Shown here: positions 44,861-54,389 of the stretch, piece by piece
Layout of the letters: every line of letters starts with the position of its first letter
Numbering within the stretch: the first letter of the stretch is position 1
Virus record (IMG/VR): IMGVR_UViG_3300046542_000361
Origin: a virus
Taxonomy: Duplodnaviria; Heunggongvirae; Uroviricota; Caudoviricetes
Direction: 5' to 3' (one strand)
DNA length: 64,000 nt
Made by a program: the position numbers and the translations under genes
Notes under the pieces: generated by a model
Told to the model about the DNA's origin: nothing
The model's database searches: none
The model's input: only the letters and a program-made list of their open reading frames with translations

Positions 44861-45258
44861 TTAGCGAATTTTCGTGGCGCCGGGAATGTGGGTAAAATAT
44901 TTAATCGGCAGATAGCGCTGCGCGGCGCCGCCTCGGCGCTCAAAATTCAGGAACTTGGTCTTCTTGCTGTCAAAGAAGTTTTCGAGGCGGGTGATGTAGA
45001 TGTCGTTGTTCTGCTTTACGCGAACGCCGACCCAGACGATTTTCATCAGCCGCAGCTCGGTGATGGTTTCCTCGTCCAGCGCCCAGGATGCGAGATCCTT
45101 GCGCAGTGCATCCGAATTGCACTTCTCGCCGAACCGGAAGATCTGATCGAGCTTCCGGGCGGCGAGGTAAACGTTCCTATTCGCAAAGTGATAGATGTGG
45201 CCGTAGATCCGACGCCCTCTGCGGACGACCGTTGTTGGCACCTTGGGCTTGCGCGCCA
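44861..45258 (-). CDS. hypothetical basic protein
   Basis: ATG with RBS GGAAAGG. Overlaps the 3' end of the ASCH gene in another frame. Confidence 0.4.
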
Positions 45259-45689
45259 TTTTCAAAGCCTTTCCATTCGTAAAGACCTTGAGCGCCTTTG
45301 ATCGGGATCGGGTGCTCGAGGAGCTGCGGCTCTTTCAGGCGCCAGGCGAAGCCGTCGGGCTTATACCAGCCGTAAGCTTTTTCCTCACGCGTGATATCAT
45401 CGAGGAACTCCTCGTTGATCTGCTCGTAGCTGTCGAGAATCACCGTGCCGAGCAGGTAGCCCTTCTTCAGCTCATCGAACGTCCAGCCCTCGTCGAGCAT
45501 GTTCCAGAAGAACTGAAATTCCTCTTCGTTGAAGGCTGCGAGCTGCTTGGGCAGAACGCTCTTCGTCGCGGCAATGCCGATGCGCTGACCGATCACTGAT
45601 TTGGGCGGCGCCCAGGTTCTTGTCTCAAACCTTTTGTGGCCGTGGACGATCAGTGTCGCCCACGGCTGCCAAATCGAAATCACTTTCAT
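45177..45689 (-). CDS. ASCH-domain (PUA-like) protein
   Basis: MKVISIWQPWATLIVHGHKRFETR and PIPIKGAQGLYEW are ASCH hallmarks. RBS GGAGAG. Confidence 0.65.
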   Translation of the reverse strand: MKVISIWQPWATLIVHGHKRFETRTWAPPKSVIGQRIGIAATKSVLPKQLAAFNEEEFQFFWNMLDEGWTFDELKKGYLLGTVILDSYEQINEEFLDDITREEKAYGWYKPDGFAWRLKEPQLLEHPIPIKGAQGLYEWKGFENGAQAQGANNGRPQRASDLRPHLSLCE

Positions 45690-45777
45690 CAATTCTCTCC
45701 GATGATCACAAATCAGTAATAGACTGCATATCACTGGAGCTTCATTGAGCGGAGTGATTTTTCGCTAAATAGCGAAA

Positions 45778-46881
45778 TTATGCCGCGATAGGATCAGCGT
45801 CTTCGTCGAAGTCGGCGTCGATCTCAGCAACGACAGGCGGCTCGAAGTTCGCCGGCAGCAGCGCCATCAGCTTCTTGAAGCCAGCCTCACCTTCGCCTTC
45901 GATCTGGCGAGCGAGCGTTTCCTTCGCGATCGTCTTGCCATCGAACGTCACGAAGCCAGGCTTGGCCTTCGGCAGGAAGCCATTGGTCTCGAGGAACTCC
46001 ACCAGCGAGCGCTGCCGGTCGAACTTGCCAGTTCCGTCTTCCTGGAACATGAAGCGCCAGGCGGCCGTCTGGAAGGGGCGGGCGATCTTGTTCTTCTTGT
46101 AGGAGCCGGTCACTTCCATACCGATGATCTCCGTGCCCTTCTTGATCTGGGCGGCCGACAGCCACAGGCGCTGCGAGAAGTAAAATGCCGGAGCATTGCC
46201 GCCCGTCGTCTTGCGCGGATCGCCGAATTTGACGCCGATATCGGTGCGCAGCTGATTGAGGAAGATGGCGCAGATGCCGAGCTCCTCGACGAACTGCGAG
46301 AACGCCGGGAACGCATTCGACGTTGCACGGGCGAGCGCCGTGTTGTCGTTCATGTTGCGATCTTCCAGCGACTTCACGCCGACGGCCTTGCCGTTCTTCA
46401 TTTCGTAATAGGCCGACTGCGGCACCATTGCTGCAAGACTGTCGAAAACCCAGCAGATCGGCGCGTCCTTCTTGATCAGCTTGTTCTTGCGCACATGCGT
46501 GGCAGCGACAACGCAAATCTGCAGGCTTTCCTCGAAGGTCTTTGGCGTCTTGAAGACGAAGCGGCCAGGCGTGGTATCGAGCCCGAGCTTCGGCGCCAGC
46601 TTGACGGAGAACGAGCGTTCGTGATCCATGAAGCCTGCGATCCCGCCCATTGCCTGGGCGCCGGCCATTCCTGCCGTTGCGAGCGCGGTCTTGCCGGAGG
46701 AGGGCGGGCCGGCGATCTCGATCATGCGGCCGACGGGAAAAGCGCCCTGATCCCAGCTCGAATTGGATGCATGGTCGAGCGGCGGGAAGCCGGACGGCAG
46801 GAACTGAGAAACAGTCACCTCCTCGTCGTTGGCGCCGATCGCTGCGGCCAGGCTGTTTGCGATATCTGCTGCTGATGCCAT
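45778..46881 (-). CDS. RecA / UvsX-family recombinase
   Basis: Walker A GPPSSGKT in a RecA-like core. 367 aa. Strong RBS AGGAGAAAA. Confidence 0.8.
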   Translation of the reverse strand: MASAADIANSLAAAIGANDEEVTVSQFLPSGFPPLDHASNSSWDQGAFPVGRMIEIAGPPSSGKTALATAGMAGAQAMGGIAGFMDHERSFSVKLAPKLGLDTTPGRFVFKTPKTFEESLQICVVAATHVRKNKLIKKDAPICWVFDSLAAMVPQSAYYEMKNGKAVGVKSLEDRNMNDNTALARATSNAFPAFSQFVEELGICAIFLNQLRTDIGVKFGDPRKTTGGNAPAFYFSQRLWLSAAQIKKGTEIIGMEVTGSYKKNKIARPFQTAAWRFMFQEDGTGKFDRQRSLVEFLETNGFLPKAKPGFVTFDGKTIAKETLARQIEGEGEAGFKKLMALLPANFEPPVVAEIDADFDEDADPIAA

Positions 46882-46890
46882 CGTTTTCTC

Positions 46891-47436
46891 CTATTCGTCG
46901 ATGAAGTCTGCACCGTCATCCTCAGATGACGTATCTGTCGGGCCAAGGTCGTCGTCTAAGTCATTATTGACTGACTGCGTCGGACGCGGAATCGCGGCCT
47001 TGGCCTGCTTGGTAAGGCGCCCGCCAATGGCTTGCGCCAGGGATCGGCCGTCCATATTCGAGGCGTCGATCGGCCCGGCCGGAACGACGGGCGCGGACAG
47101 CGGCTGCGGGATCAAACCCTTCGGAACGAGGTATTCATTAACACCACCTCCGACGTAGACCTTGAGAAGCTCCGTAGCCGGCAGCTCGACGCTGTCGAGC
47201 GAGAACTCGCCGTTCGTCGCCCTGGCAACGTCACGCACCACGTCGATCTTCTCCCAGATCTTGCCGATCGTGCTGTCGAGGAAGAACCGCGCCCGGTGGT
47301 AGTCTTCCTTGCTGATCTCGTGGCCGTGCTTTTCAGCCACGCGCAGCAGATCGCCGTAAGCTTTGCCGATCTTGCCGATCGCCTGCTCGAGCGCCCGCTT
47401 CGGTTCGCTCTTGGCGGGGTTTGCTTCAGTTTGCAT
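46891..47436 (-). CDS. hypothetical protein with an acidic C-terminal tail (…DDDLGPTDTSSEDDGADFIDE); possible recombination mediator or SSB partner
   Basis: Position between the FEN/SSB genes and recA. The acidic tail resembles SSB-type interaction tails. A motif copy is embedded in its 3' coding end at 46958-46979. Confidence 0.5.
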   Translation of the reverse strand: MQTEANPAKSEPKRALEQAIGKIGKAYGDLLRVAEKHGHEISKEDYHRARFFLDSTIGKIWEKIDVVRDVARATNGEFSLDSVELPATELLKVYVGGGVNEYLVPKGLIPQPLSAPVVPAGPIDASNMDGRSLAQAIGGRLTKQAKAAIPRPTQSVNNDLDDDLGPTDTSSEDDGADFIDE

Positions 47437-47629
47437 GCCGGCGATCCTTGAGCATGTCGATCGTTGCGGCGATCAGAATGTAGAGCCAGGTCAGCGGCCA
47501 GAACAGGGAGGCAAGTGCCAGGCGCCAGCGGTAGAGGTGCTTGATGCCGGAAGCGATGAACAAGGTAACGGCCATGCCGACGAGATAGAGCCAGGCGAAA
47601 AGGAAGTAGATGAGAAAGGCTGGAATCAT
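47426..47629 (-). CDS. small two-TM membrane protein
   Basis: Hydrophobic (IPAFLIYFLFAWLYLVGMAVTLFIA…). ATGA-coupled to the FEN gene. Confidence 0.5.
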   Translation of the reverse strand: MIPAFLIYFLFAWLYLVGMAVTLFIASGIKHLYRWRLALASLFWPLTWLYILIAATIDMLKDRRHAN

Positions 47630-48582
47630 GCTGCGAGCTCCTCTTGCAGGTGGTGAAAGGCGGGAAAGACCGAGAGCCACGACTTCAGATCGCTGGCGAT
47701 CGAGCGGAACATCAGTCGATTGCAGAAGGTCCGGAAGCGCTCGAGGTCGGGCTCACCGGCGTCGACGCGCAGATTGATCGGCTCGGGGCGAAGCGGGGTG
47801 CGCAGATCCATCAGCTTGCGATTGCGCTGGAAGATCATCTGCTTTTCTTCGCTCTCGGCGAAGTCGCGGAACTTCTTCAAGACCTTCTTCGGATCGAGCG
47901 TCTTGTCGATCAGCATGTTGGAGAAGTTCGAGGTCGAGCCGTAGAGGTTGAGAAACTGGATCGCACCTTTCTCGCCGATACCACCTACGCCAGGCACGCT
48001 GTCACCGTCGTCGCCGGCCAGGCACTTCATTTCGACAAACTGCTCGAAGCTGTCGAGCTTGACGTCGATTGCCGTTTCCATGTCGGCCGGCTTCATGATC
48101 TTGCGATCACGGATCGGATCGAGCCAGAGAATGCGGTCGTTGACGAGCTGCACCCAGTCCTTGTCACCGGAGACGAGCACGACGCGATCGCCCTTGGCCG
48201 CGTAGCGATCGCCCATGATTGCTGCGAGGTCGTCAGCTTCCATGTTCGACGCGCGCACCTGGGGCATGCCGATCAGCTGCATCGCCTTCTTGATCGCCGG
48301 GATCTGGCTTTCAGCGACCTTCTTCATTTCGGCCGCCTTGATTGCGGTCGCGGTATCTTCTTTCTTGCGGGCGGACTTGTATTCCGGGAAATCCATGTAA
48401 CGCCAGCTGGCGCCATCCCAGAGCACCGCGGGCTTCGCGGTCGGGTAGGCTGCAACGAGCTTGCGGACGATCTTGACGAAGTGAAAGATGGCTTGGACCT
48501 GCGTATCGCCCACCTTCAGCGGTTTGGCGTTGTTGGCCGCATGAGCAATATTCATGCCGTCGATCAGCAAATAGCGGGACAT
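47626..48582 (-). CDS. 5'-3' exonuclease / flap endonuclease (T4 RNase H / Pol I 5'-exo family)
   Basis: LVSGDKDWVQLV and LAGDDGDSVPGV motifs. 318 aa from MSRYLLIDGMN. Confidence 0.8.
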   Translation of the reverse strand: MSRYLLIDGMNIAHAANNAKPLKVGDTQVQAIFHFVKIVRKLVAAYPTAKPAVLWDGASWRYMDFPEYKSARKKEDTATAIKAAEMKKVAESQIPAIKKAMQLIGMPQVRASNMEADDLAAIMGDRYAAKGDRVVLVSGDKDWVQLVNDRILWLDPIRDRKIMKPADMETAIDVKLDSFEQFVEMKCLAGDDGDSVPGVGGIGEKGAIQFLNLYGSTSNFSNMLIDKTLDPKKVLKKFRDFAESEEKQMIFQRNRKLMDLRTPLRPEPINLRVDAGEPDLERFRTFCNRLMFRSIASDLKSWLSVFPAFHHLQEELAA

Positions 48583-48611
48583 TTCTAAGCCTTTATTTTG
48601 GGGAAGGGGCG

Positions 48612-48725
48612 TCAGGAGGTTGCGAGCGAACAACGGGAGACAGGGGTGCAACCTCCTGACGAACAGGCCCGGCAGCGCGACGTGCCGGGCCAGAGATCAC
48701 TGCGCTCAAACGCGCGGCGCAGTGA
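48612..48725 (-). terminator. three consecutive hairpins downstream of the SSB gene (13-bp GTCAGGAGGTTGC-N24-GCAACCTCCTGAC; 8-bp GCCCGGCA…TGCCGGGC; 6-bp CTGCGC…GCGCAG)
   Basis: Read directly. Confidence 0.45.
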
Positions 48726-48729
48726 CGAC

Positions 48730-49671
48730 TTAGATGGTGTCCAGGTCAGCGAGGACGTCGTCGATGTCGTTGTCGTCGAGAACGACGGCATCTTCTTCAA
48801 CAACAGCCGGCTTGGACGGAGCGGTGCGGACAGCGGCCTTCGTGACCGGTGCCGTTTCTTCAACTTCGAAAGGCACGTCATCGTCGAGGTCGGAAGCGTC
48901 AGCCAGTGCGTCGGCGTCGACGTCCGGATCGACCTGGGCGGCCTTCGAGGTCAGTGCTGCGGTCGGCGTCTTGTTGCCGAGGCGCGGGAGGTTGACCTGG
49001 GCGACCTGGGCGATGAAGTTCAGCGCCTTCTGTTCATCACCGCGGAAGAACTCCTTGTTGATGTGGTCGGTCAGGTTGTGGCAGTCCTTGAGGTGAGCCT
49101 TCGTGACCGGCTGGGACTTGCCGGGCGCGACATTGACCGTGTATTCGGTCTGCAGGCCCTTGCCGGTGCGGCTGATCGAGATATCCATGCCGACGTTACC
49201 GTCGAGAATATCTTCGCCTTCTTCGGCATACTGCTGGACGATGTTCAAGATGGCGCCGAAGGTGCCGGTCGTGATCTCGAGGATCTGAACCTTGTCGGGA
49301 TCGGTCGAGCCCTTCGAACGGTCGAGAACGTTGAGCAGGACGGTCTTGCGAGCGCGCCAGCTTTCGTAGAGCTTCTTGGAGTCTTCATCGATCGCGCCGG
49401 ACAGAGCGGCGTTGATCGCGGTGTCGATCTCGCAGGGCTGGCCGAAGCAGACGTCGGAGCAACCAACGACGGCGATGGGCTTACCCTTGCCTTCAACTTC
49501 AGGCTTGATCCAGTGAACACCGAGGTCGGCCCAGAACTGTGCGTTCACGTCGGGCAGGAGGATGCGGTAGCGGTTGATACCTTCCTTCGGCTTGATGCGT
49601 TCGCCAGTGGAACGCTGATACTTGTTGGCGCCATTGGCGACGAGCTTCTGCAGTGCGGGGGAGAGAGCCAT
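48730..49671 (-). CDS. gp32-like single-stranded DNA-binding protein
   Basis: N-terminal …NGANKYQRSTGERIKPKEGINRYRILLP… resembles the gp32 LAST motif region. H/C zinc ligand cluster (HW…CSDVCFGQPC). Acidic C-terminal tail. RBS AAAGGAAAAA. Confidence 0.65.
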   Translation of the reverse strand: MALSPALQKLVANGANKYQRSTGERIKPKEGINRYRILLPDVNAQFWADLGVHWIKPEVEGKGKPIAVVGCSDVCFGQPCEIDTAINAALSGAIDEDSKKLYESWRARKTVLLNVLDRSKGSTDPDKVQILEITTGTFGAILNIVQQYAEEGEDILDGNVGMDISISRTGKGLQTEYTVNVAPGKSQPVTKAHLKDCHNLTDHINKEFFRGDEQKALNFIAQVAQVNLPRLGNKTPTAALTSKAAQVDPDVDADALADASDLDDDVPFEVEETAPVTKAAVRTAPSKPAVVEEDAVVLDDNDIDDVLADLDTI

Positions 49672-49804
49672 TTCGAGTTTTTCCTTTTCGAGGCTGTGAG
49701 CTTGGTGCTTTGTCGGTTCGTGCTTGCTATTAGCTAAATCGCTAAATCGCTAAGTAAGAATAGACAGTTTGCGGTCGGGTTGCGTGAGAAAAATCGAGGA
49801 TTTT

Positions 49805-50056
49805 TCAGGCGAAAGTGTCGAGCATCTTGGCGCGTTGCGCAGCGGCGCGAGCTGCGGCGTCAGCAGCGACGCGAGCCTTGGCTTCGGCGCGCTTTGCAGC
49901 TTCAGCACGGCGCTCTGATGCGCTGGTCTGCTTGCGCTCATGCCGCTCGAGCTTGGTTGCGATCTTGGTGATCGGCTTCATGATCGTATCGACGGACTCT
50001 TCCTTACCGAAGAGCTTGCGGAGAGCGGCGATCAGATCATCGAGGGTGTATTTCAT
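49805..50056 (-). CDS. hypothetical small protein (Ala/Arg-rich coiled coil)
   Basis: The motif lies upstream at 50076-50110. Confidence 0.5.
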   Translation of the reverse strand: MKYTLDDLIAALRKLFGKEESVDTIMKPITKIATKLERHERKQTSASERRAEAAKRAEAKARVAADAAARAAAQRAKMLDTFA

Positions 50057-50075
50057 CTTGTGGGCTCCGTGGGTT

Positions 50076-50110
50076 TGAGTCAGTCAATTTTGACTGACTG
50101 TTGAATAGAC
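50076..50110 (-). promoter_or_regulatory. conserved motif copy: perfect dyad GTCAGTCAA-TT-TTGACTGAC plus TGAATAG module
   Basis: Upstream of the 49805 gene. Confidence 0.5.
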
Positions 50111-50135
50111 GAAAAATCGTCGGTTGACAGAAAAT

Positions 50136-50678
50136 TTAAGCGGCGTTCTGGGAGACGCGTTTCAGATAGCCTTCCTTGAGATTGGACAGGTCTTCCTCGC
50201 GGCCGGAGCGCAGCTTGGTGACGAGCTCACCCTTCATTTCTTCGCGCTCGGTGGCGCCGTGCTGAACGAGCATGTCCTTGCGGTGCCGGAAGGCTTCGAC
50301 CGCAGTCTTGGCGATCGCCTCGATCTGCTTGGCCTCGTTCAGCGCCTTCTTGACGGTCGTCACGCGCTCATGGCGCGTCACCAGCTTGTCGAGCAGGGCT
50401 TCCGTGACCTTCTCACCGGACGCAACCATCTTGTCGCGCAGGACGCGGTAGACGGCCGCCTCGGTGTTCTCAAGCAGCAGCTTGATATTGTCCACCTGGC
50501 GCGCGGCTTTGGCTGCCTGGACGCCGTAATGGGCAAACAGCTGCGCCTGCTCGGCCTGGGCGCCGGAGAGGTCGACCAGCGAGTAGCCGAGATCCTCCTT
50601 CAGCTTGACGGTTTCGACGTAGTTGCGCACGGTGATCTTGTTGTGCGCCTTCTTCTCGGCTTCAGCTTCATCGCTCAT
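50136..50678 (-). CDS. hypothetical protein upstream of dnaE
   Basis: RBS AAAGGAAAC. Confidence 0.55.
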   Translation of the reverse strand: MSDEAEAEKKAHNKITVRNYVETVKLKEDLGYSLVDLSGAQAEQAQLFAHYGVQAAKAARQVDNIKLLLENTEAAVYRVLRDKMVASGEKVTEALLDKLVTRHERVTTVKKALNEAKQIEAIAKTAVEAFRHRKDMLVQHGATEREEMKGELVTKLRSGREEDLSNLKEGYLKRVSQNAA

Positions 50679-50737
50679 GATCGTTTCCTTTGATCTGCTG
50701 CGTTAGAATAGCGCTTGTGAGCGCGGTTTGCGGGTGG

Positions 50738-53700
50738 TCAGTCGAGGAGATCGATGACTGACGCAAAGACGTCCTCCATCAGTTCCTGCTTCTCGGGCGA
50801 GTAGTAGATTTCGCCAGGGTTGAAGCCGATCACCAGGTTAGCATCGAGCTCCTTGTGATAGACGATCTTGCCGGCCGCCTCAGAGGTCTTGCCCTTAAAG
50901 TCAGGCAGGAAGTGCCGGACGACGGTCGTGCCGAGCAGCACGATGATGGGCGGCCGCAGGACATCGATTTCGCGCTCGAGGTAGGGCAGATACAGCCGGA
51001 CCTCGTCCGACGAAATCTGCTTGCCCGCCTTCGGCCGTTTGAGCAGCGCCGTCCAATAGAAGGACTTGCGGTCGAGTTGATGGTTCATCAGCGCATCGAT
51101 GACCGGCGCCGAGGCTTTGCCGATCGACATCATGCCTTCCTGCTCTTCCGGATTGTTGGGCGCGTCCGTGATGATCATGAACTGCGCCTGTTTGCCGAAA
51201 TGCGGCTGCACCATGATGCCATCTTCCGACAGGTCCGCCTTGTAGTCGTCGATCACCTCGGCGATCGCTTCCTTGGTCGCCTTGTCGTTCTCCATCGATC
51301 GAGGCACCGGCACGGTTGCCGTCACCAGGCCGGGCAGGAGCTCGAGCTGATCCTTGATACGGCTCGGGTCGTTCGGGCCGACCTGTCCAGGTTCGATGCG
51401 TGAGAACGCGCCGACGAGATCGAGGTTTTCCTGATGCCGCTTGTTGCACCTGGTCTTGTTGACGCGCGCTAGGAAGTCGGCCTTGTTCTGGAAGGGACCG
51501 ACCGGCTTGCCTGTCTTCTCGTCGACCGCGGTGCGGGCGGCAAGGATCGCGCTCGTCGTCGTGCCCGAGATCCCCTTGATGCGCTGGAACGGCATGACCA
51601 TTCGGACATCGGTGACGATCTCGAAACGCTCGGTCGAAATGTTGATATCGGGCATGTTCACGTCGATGCCGAAGCGACCTGCATCGCGCAGCAGCGCCGG
51701 CAGCTTGTCCTCGTCCATCTGCGTTAGCGCGGCTGCGAAGAACTCGACCGGATAGTGCGTCTTCAGCCACATCGACTGCCAGGAGATCAGCGAATATTCG
51801 ACCGAGTGGCTCTTGTTGAAGCCGTAGCCGGCGAAGCCTTCGATCTTGTCGAAAAGCGTGCCTGCCCATTCCTCGGTGCAGCCGATCGTCTTGACCGCAC
51901 CGTCGCAGAACTTGCCGCGCTCCTTTTTCATTTCCTCGGGCAATTTCTTACCCATGATCTTACGCAGCTTGTCAGCGTCGGCGCCGGAATATCCGCAGAT
52001 CACCTGCGAGATCTTCATAACCTGCTCCTGGTAGACGATGACGCCGTATGTATCGCGCAGCACGTCTTCCATCAGCGGGTGGTCGTAATCGACGCTCTCG
52101 TTACCCTGCTTGCGTCGATAGTAGCTATCCATCATGCCTGATTCCATCGGGCCTGGTCGGTAGAGCGCGGTCGCCGCGGTGATATCGTCGAAGGTGATGG
52201 TGCCGTCGGCGCCGAGCTCGCGCAGCAGCTTGCGCATGCCAGCGCTTTCGAACTGGAAGACGCCTGTGGTCAAACCTGCGGCGAAGTTCTTCAGCACCGC
52301 CTGGTCGTCGAGCGGCACCTTCATCAGATTGATCTTCTTGGCGTGGCGCTCGAAGATATAGCGCAGCACAAGCGCGATCAGGTCGAGCGTGGACAGGCCG
52401 AGGATATCGAGCTTGACCAGGCCTTGATCCTCGACGATGCGCTTGTCCCAGCAGACGACGGCGCTGTCGCCTTTACGGCGCTCGATGACGGCGCGCTCCT
52501 CGAGATCGACACCGCCGACGACGATGCCGGACGCGTGCTGGCTCATATTGCGGATCGTGCCTTCGATGCGCTCCATGATATCCCAGTGGCCGGGATACTT
52601 GCCGGCGAACTCATCGATCTCGCCGACTTCCTCGCGGCACACCGGCAGTTTCACGTTGGCGCCGTGTTTCTTCGGCACCAGTTTGGAGATCGAATATTCC
52701 TTCTCCGGGATATCGAAGGCGCGGCCGACATCGCGGATCGAGGACGCAGCAGCAAGCGTGCCGAAGTTCGACACACCGGCGACGCGCTTCTCGCCGAATT
52801 TCTGGATGAGATAATCGACGACCTCGTGCCGGCGCGTCGACATGAAGTCAAGGTCGGCGTCGGGAAGGTCAAGACGCTCTGGATTGATGAAGCGCTCAAA
52901 GAGCAGGCCGAAGCGGATCGGGTCGCAGTCTGTGATGCCCATCAGATAAGCGACAAGCGAGCCACCAACCGAACCTCGACCAGGGCCGACGAGAATGCCG
53001 TTTGACTTGGCGAAGCGGACGACGTCCTGGGCCAGCAGGAAGTAACCCGCGAAGGACAGCTTCTTCAGCACCTCGAGCTCGTAGACCAGGCGCGGCTTAT
53101 AGAGGTCGACCAAGTCTTGCGGCTCCGGCTTGTGCCCGAAGCTCTCCTGGCTGAAACGGTTCTTCCAGCCGAGCTTGCATTCCTCGACCAGCTTGGCAAA
53201 CTCGTCCGGCGCCATCACCGGCAGCGAGACGGGTGCTTTCGACCAGGTGTATTCGACCGCATCGACCAGCCAGTCGGTGTTTGCCAGACCTTGCTTAAAG
53301 TGAGCGCCGGCGCCAGTGACACCGCGCAGCGCGACGTGCTTTGCAGCCTTGACCACTTCGGCGCCAAGGTCGCTCGCCTTCAGGACATGGAAGTCTCTGT
53401 TCCAGTTCGACTTGTGCCAGCCCTCGGAGATCTTGTTGCCGTTGGCGATCGCCGACATGATCTCGTGGGCGTCAGCCTGGTCGGCCTCGTAATAGGCGGG
53501 GCGCACGACCAGCGGGCGAGCCTTGAAGCGCGCGATCAGATCCAGCGAGCGCTTGTTGAGCGCGCCGAAATACGGCGTATCGACTGGGATCAGCGGTGCG
53601 AACACGTAGTCAGGATGCAGGTAGTCGACGAGCTTGGCGCAGATCGCTTCTGCGTCGGCGCGCATGATGACGCCGTGCGTGTCGCCGAGGTGAACAGCCA

Positions 53701-54151
53701 GGTGACCGGCGCCGAGCTTTTCGAACTCTTCCCAGAGATCGTCATAGCCGAGCTTGGCCGTGTAGTAGAAGCGGCCAGGCACCTTGTTGCCAGATGCGTC
53801 TTCGGTGTCGCCGGCATTGGCCTTGCTCAGCAACCGGTAGACCGTCTTCAGACCGGTCTCCGTCAGCACGTAAGCGGTGAGGAAGTGCTCGGGCGGCATG
53901 TGCTTCTTCTTCTGGCCCTTCGCCGGGCGCCAGGTCGGATCTTCCGACAGACGCAGGCGCACGCCGACGATCGGCTTGACGTCAGCCTTCTTGGCGCGAT
54001 TGGAGAAGTCGATCATGCCGGTGATGCTCATGGTGTCGGTGATCGCGACGGCCTTGGCACCCTGTTCCTTCGCGATATCGACCAGCTTCTCGGCGTTGAG
54101 AATGCTTTCGCCGAGGGAGAAGTCAGTTCGGGCTGCGAGAATGGCGTGCAT
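50738..54151 (-). CDS. dnaE: DnaE-type DNA polymerase III alpha subunit (PHP domain plus Pol III alpha core)
   Basis: 1137 aa. N-terminal PHP domain (MHAILAARTDFSLGESIL…). Pol III alpha is the usual replicase with this domain layout. Confidence 0.85.
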   Translation of the reverse strand: MHAILAARTDFSLGESILNAEKLVDIAKEQGAKAVAITDTMSITGMIDFSNRAKKADVKPIVGVRLRLSEDPTWRPAKGQKKKHMPPEHFLTAYVLTETGLKTVYRLLSKANAGDTEDASGNKVPGRFYYTAKLGYDDLWEEFEKLGAGHLAVHLGDTHGVIMRADAEAICAKLVDYLHPDYVFAPLIPVDTPYFGALNKRSLDLIARFKARPLVVRPAYYEADQADAHEIMSAIANGNKISEGWHKSNWNRDFHVLKASDLGAEVVKAAKHVALRGVTGAGAHFKQGLANTDWLVDAVEYTWSKAPVSLPVMAPDEFAKLVEECKLGWKNRFSQESFGHKPEPQDLVDLYKPRLVYELEVLKKLSFAGYFLLAQDVVRFAKSNGILVGPGRGSVGGSLVAYLMGITDCDPIRFGLLFERFINPERLDLPDADLDFMSTRRHEVVDYLIQKFGEKRVAGVSNFGTLAAASSIRDVGRAFDIPEKEYSISKLVPKKHGANVKLPVCREEVGEIDEFAGKYPGHWDIMERIEGTIRNMSQHASGIVVGGVDLEERAVIERRKGDSAVVCWDKRIVEDQGLVKLDILGLSTLDLIALVLRYIFERHAKKINLMKVPLDDQAVLKNFAAGLTTGVFQFESAGMRKLLRELGADGTITFDDITAATALYRPGPMESGMMDSYYRRKQGNESVDYDHPLMEDVLRDTYGVIVYQEQVMKISQVICGYSGADADKLRKIMGKKLPEEMKKERGKFCDGAVKTIGCTEEWAGTLFDKIEGFAGYGFNKSHSVEYSLISWQSMWLKTHYPVEFFAAALTQMDEDKLPALLRDAGRFGIDVNMPDINISTERFEIVTDVRMVMPFQRIKGISGTTTSAILAARTAVDEKTGKPVGPFQNKADFLARVNKTRCNKRHQENLDLVGAFSRIEPGQVGPNDPSRIKDQLELLPGLVTATVPVPRSMENDKATKEAIAEVIDDYKADLSEDGIMVQPHFGKQAQFMIITDAPNNPEEQEGMMSIGKASAPVIDALMNHQLDRKSFYWTALLKRPKAGKQISSDEVRLYLPYLEREIDVLRPPIIVLLGTTVVRHFLPDFKGKTSEAAGKIVYHKELDANLVIGFNPGEIYYSPEKQELMEDVFASVIDLLD

Positions 54152-54389
54152 TAAGGGGCAACTCCTGGGTATGGGTCAGATAGATGTCGTTACGGGTGAT
54201 CTCGGGCAGCATGTGCCAGCGGTGGAGCAGCACCTGTCGGCCGAAGAGGGTTTCGATGCTCTCCTCGAGGTATTTGAGCAGCTCGACCGGTGGTGGATGA
54301 TCGTGCTGCACGACCATGTCGAGCCTTCCGGCTGCGATGGCGTTCTGATCGAGGAAGTCGCAGGTGAAAAGCACGCGAATGCCGGGCAT
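54123..54389 (-). CDS. hypothetical small protein
   Basis: ATG at 54389 is coupled (ATGA) to the 54389..54919 stop. Confidence 0.4.
   Translation of the reverse strand: MPGIRVLFTCDFLDQNAIAAGRLDMVVQHDHPPPVELLKYLEESIETLFGRQVLLHRWHMLPEITRNDIYLTHTQELPLNARHSRSPN

Noticed and set aside
49720-49745. Short tandem repeat GCTAAATC x3 upstream of the SSB gene, considered as a CRISPR-like or iteron array
   Set aside because: Only three 8-nt units with no spacers. More likely part of the SSB promoter or leader next to an A-module motif copy. No CRISPR arrays anywhere.
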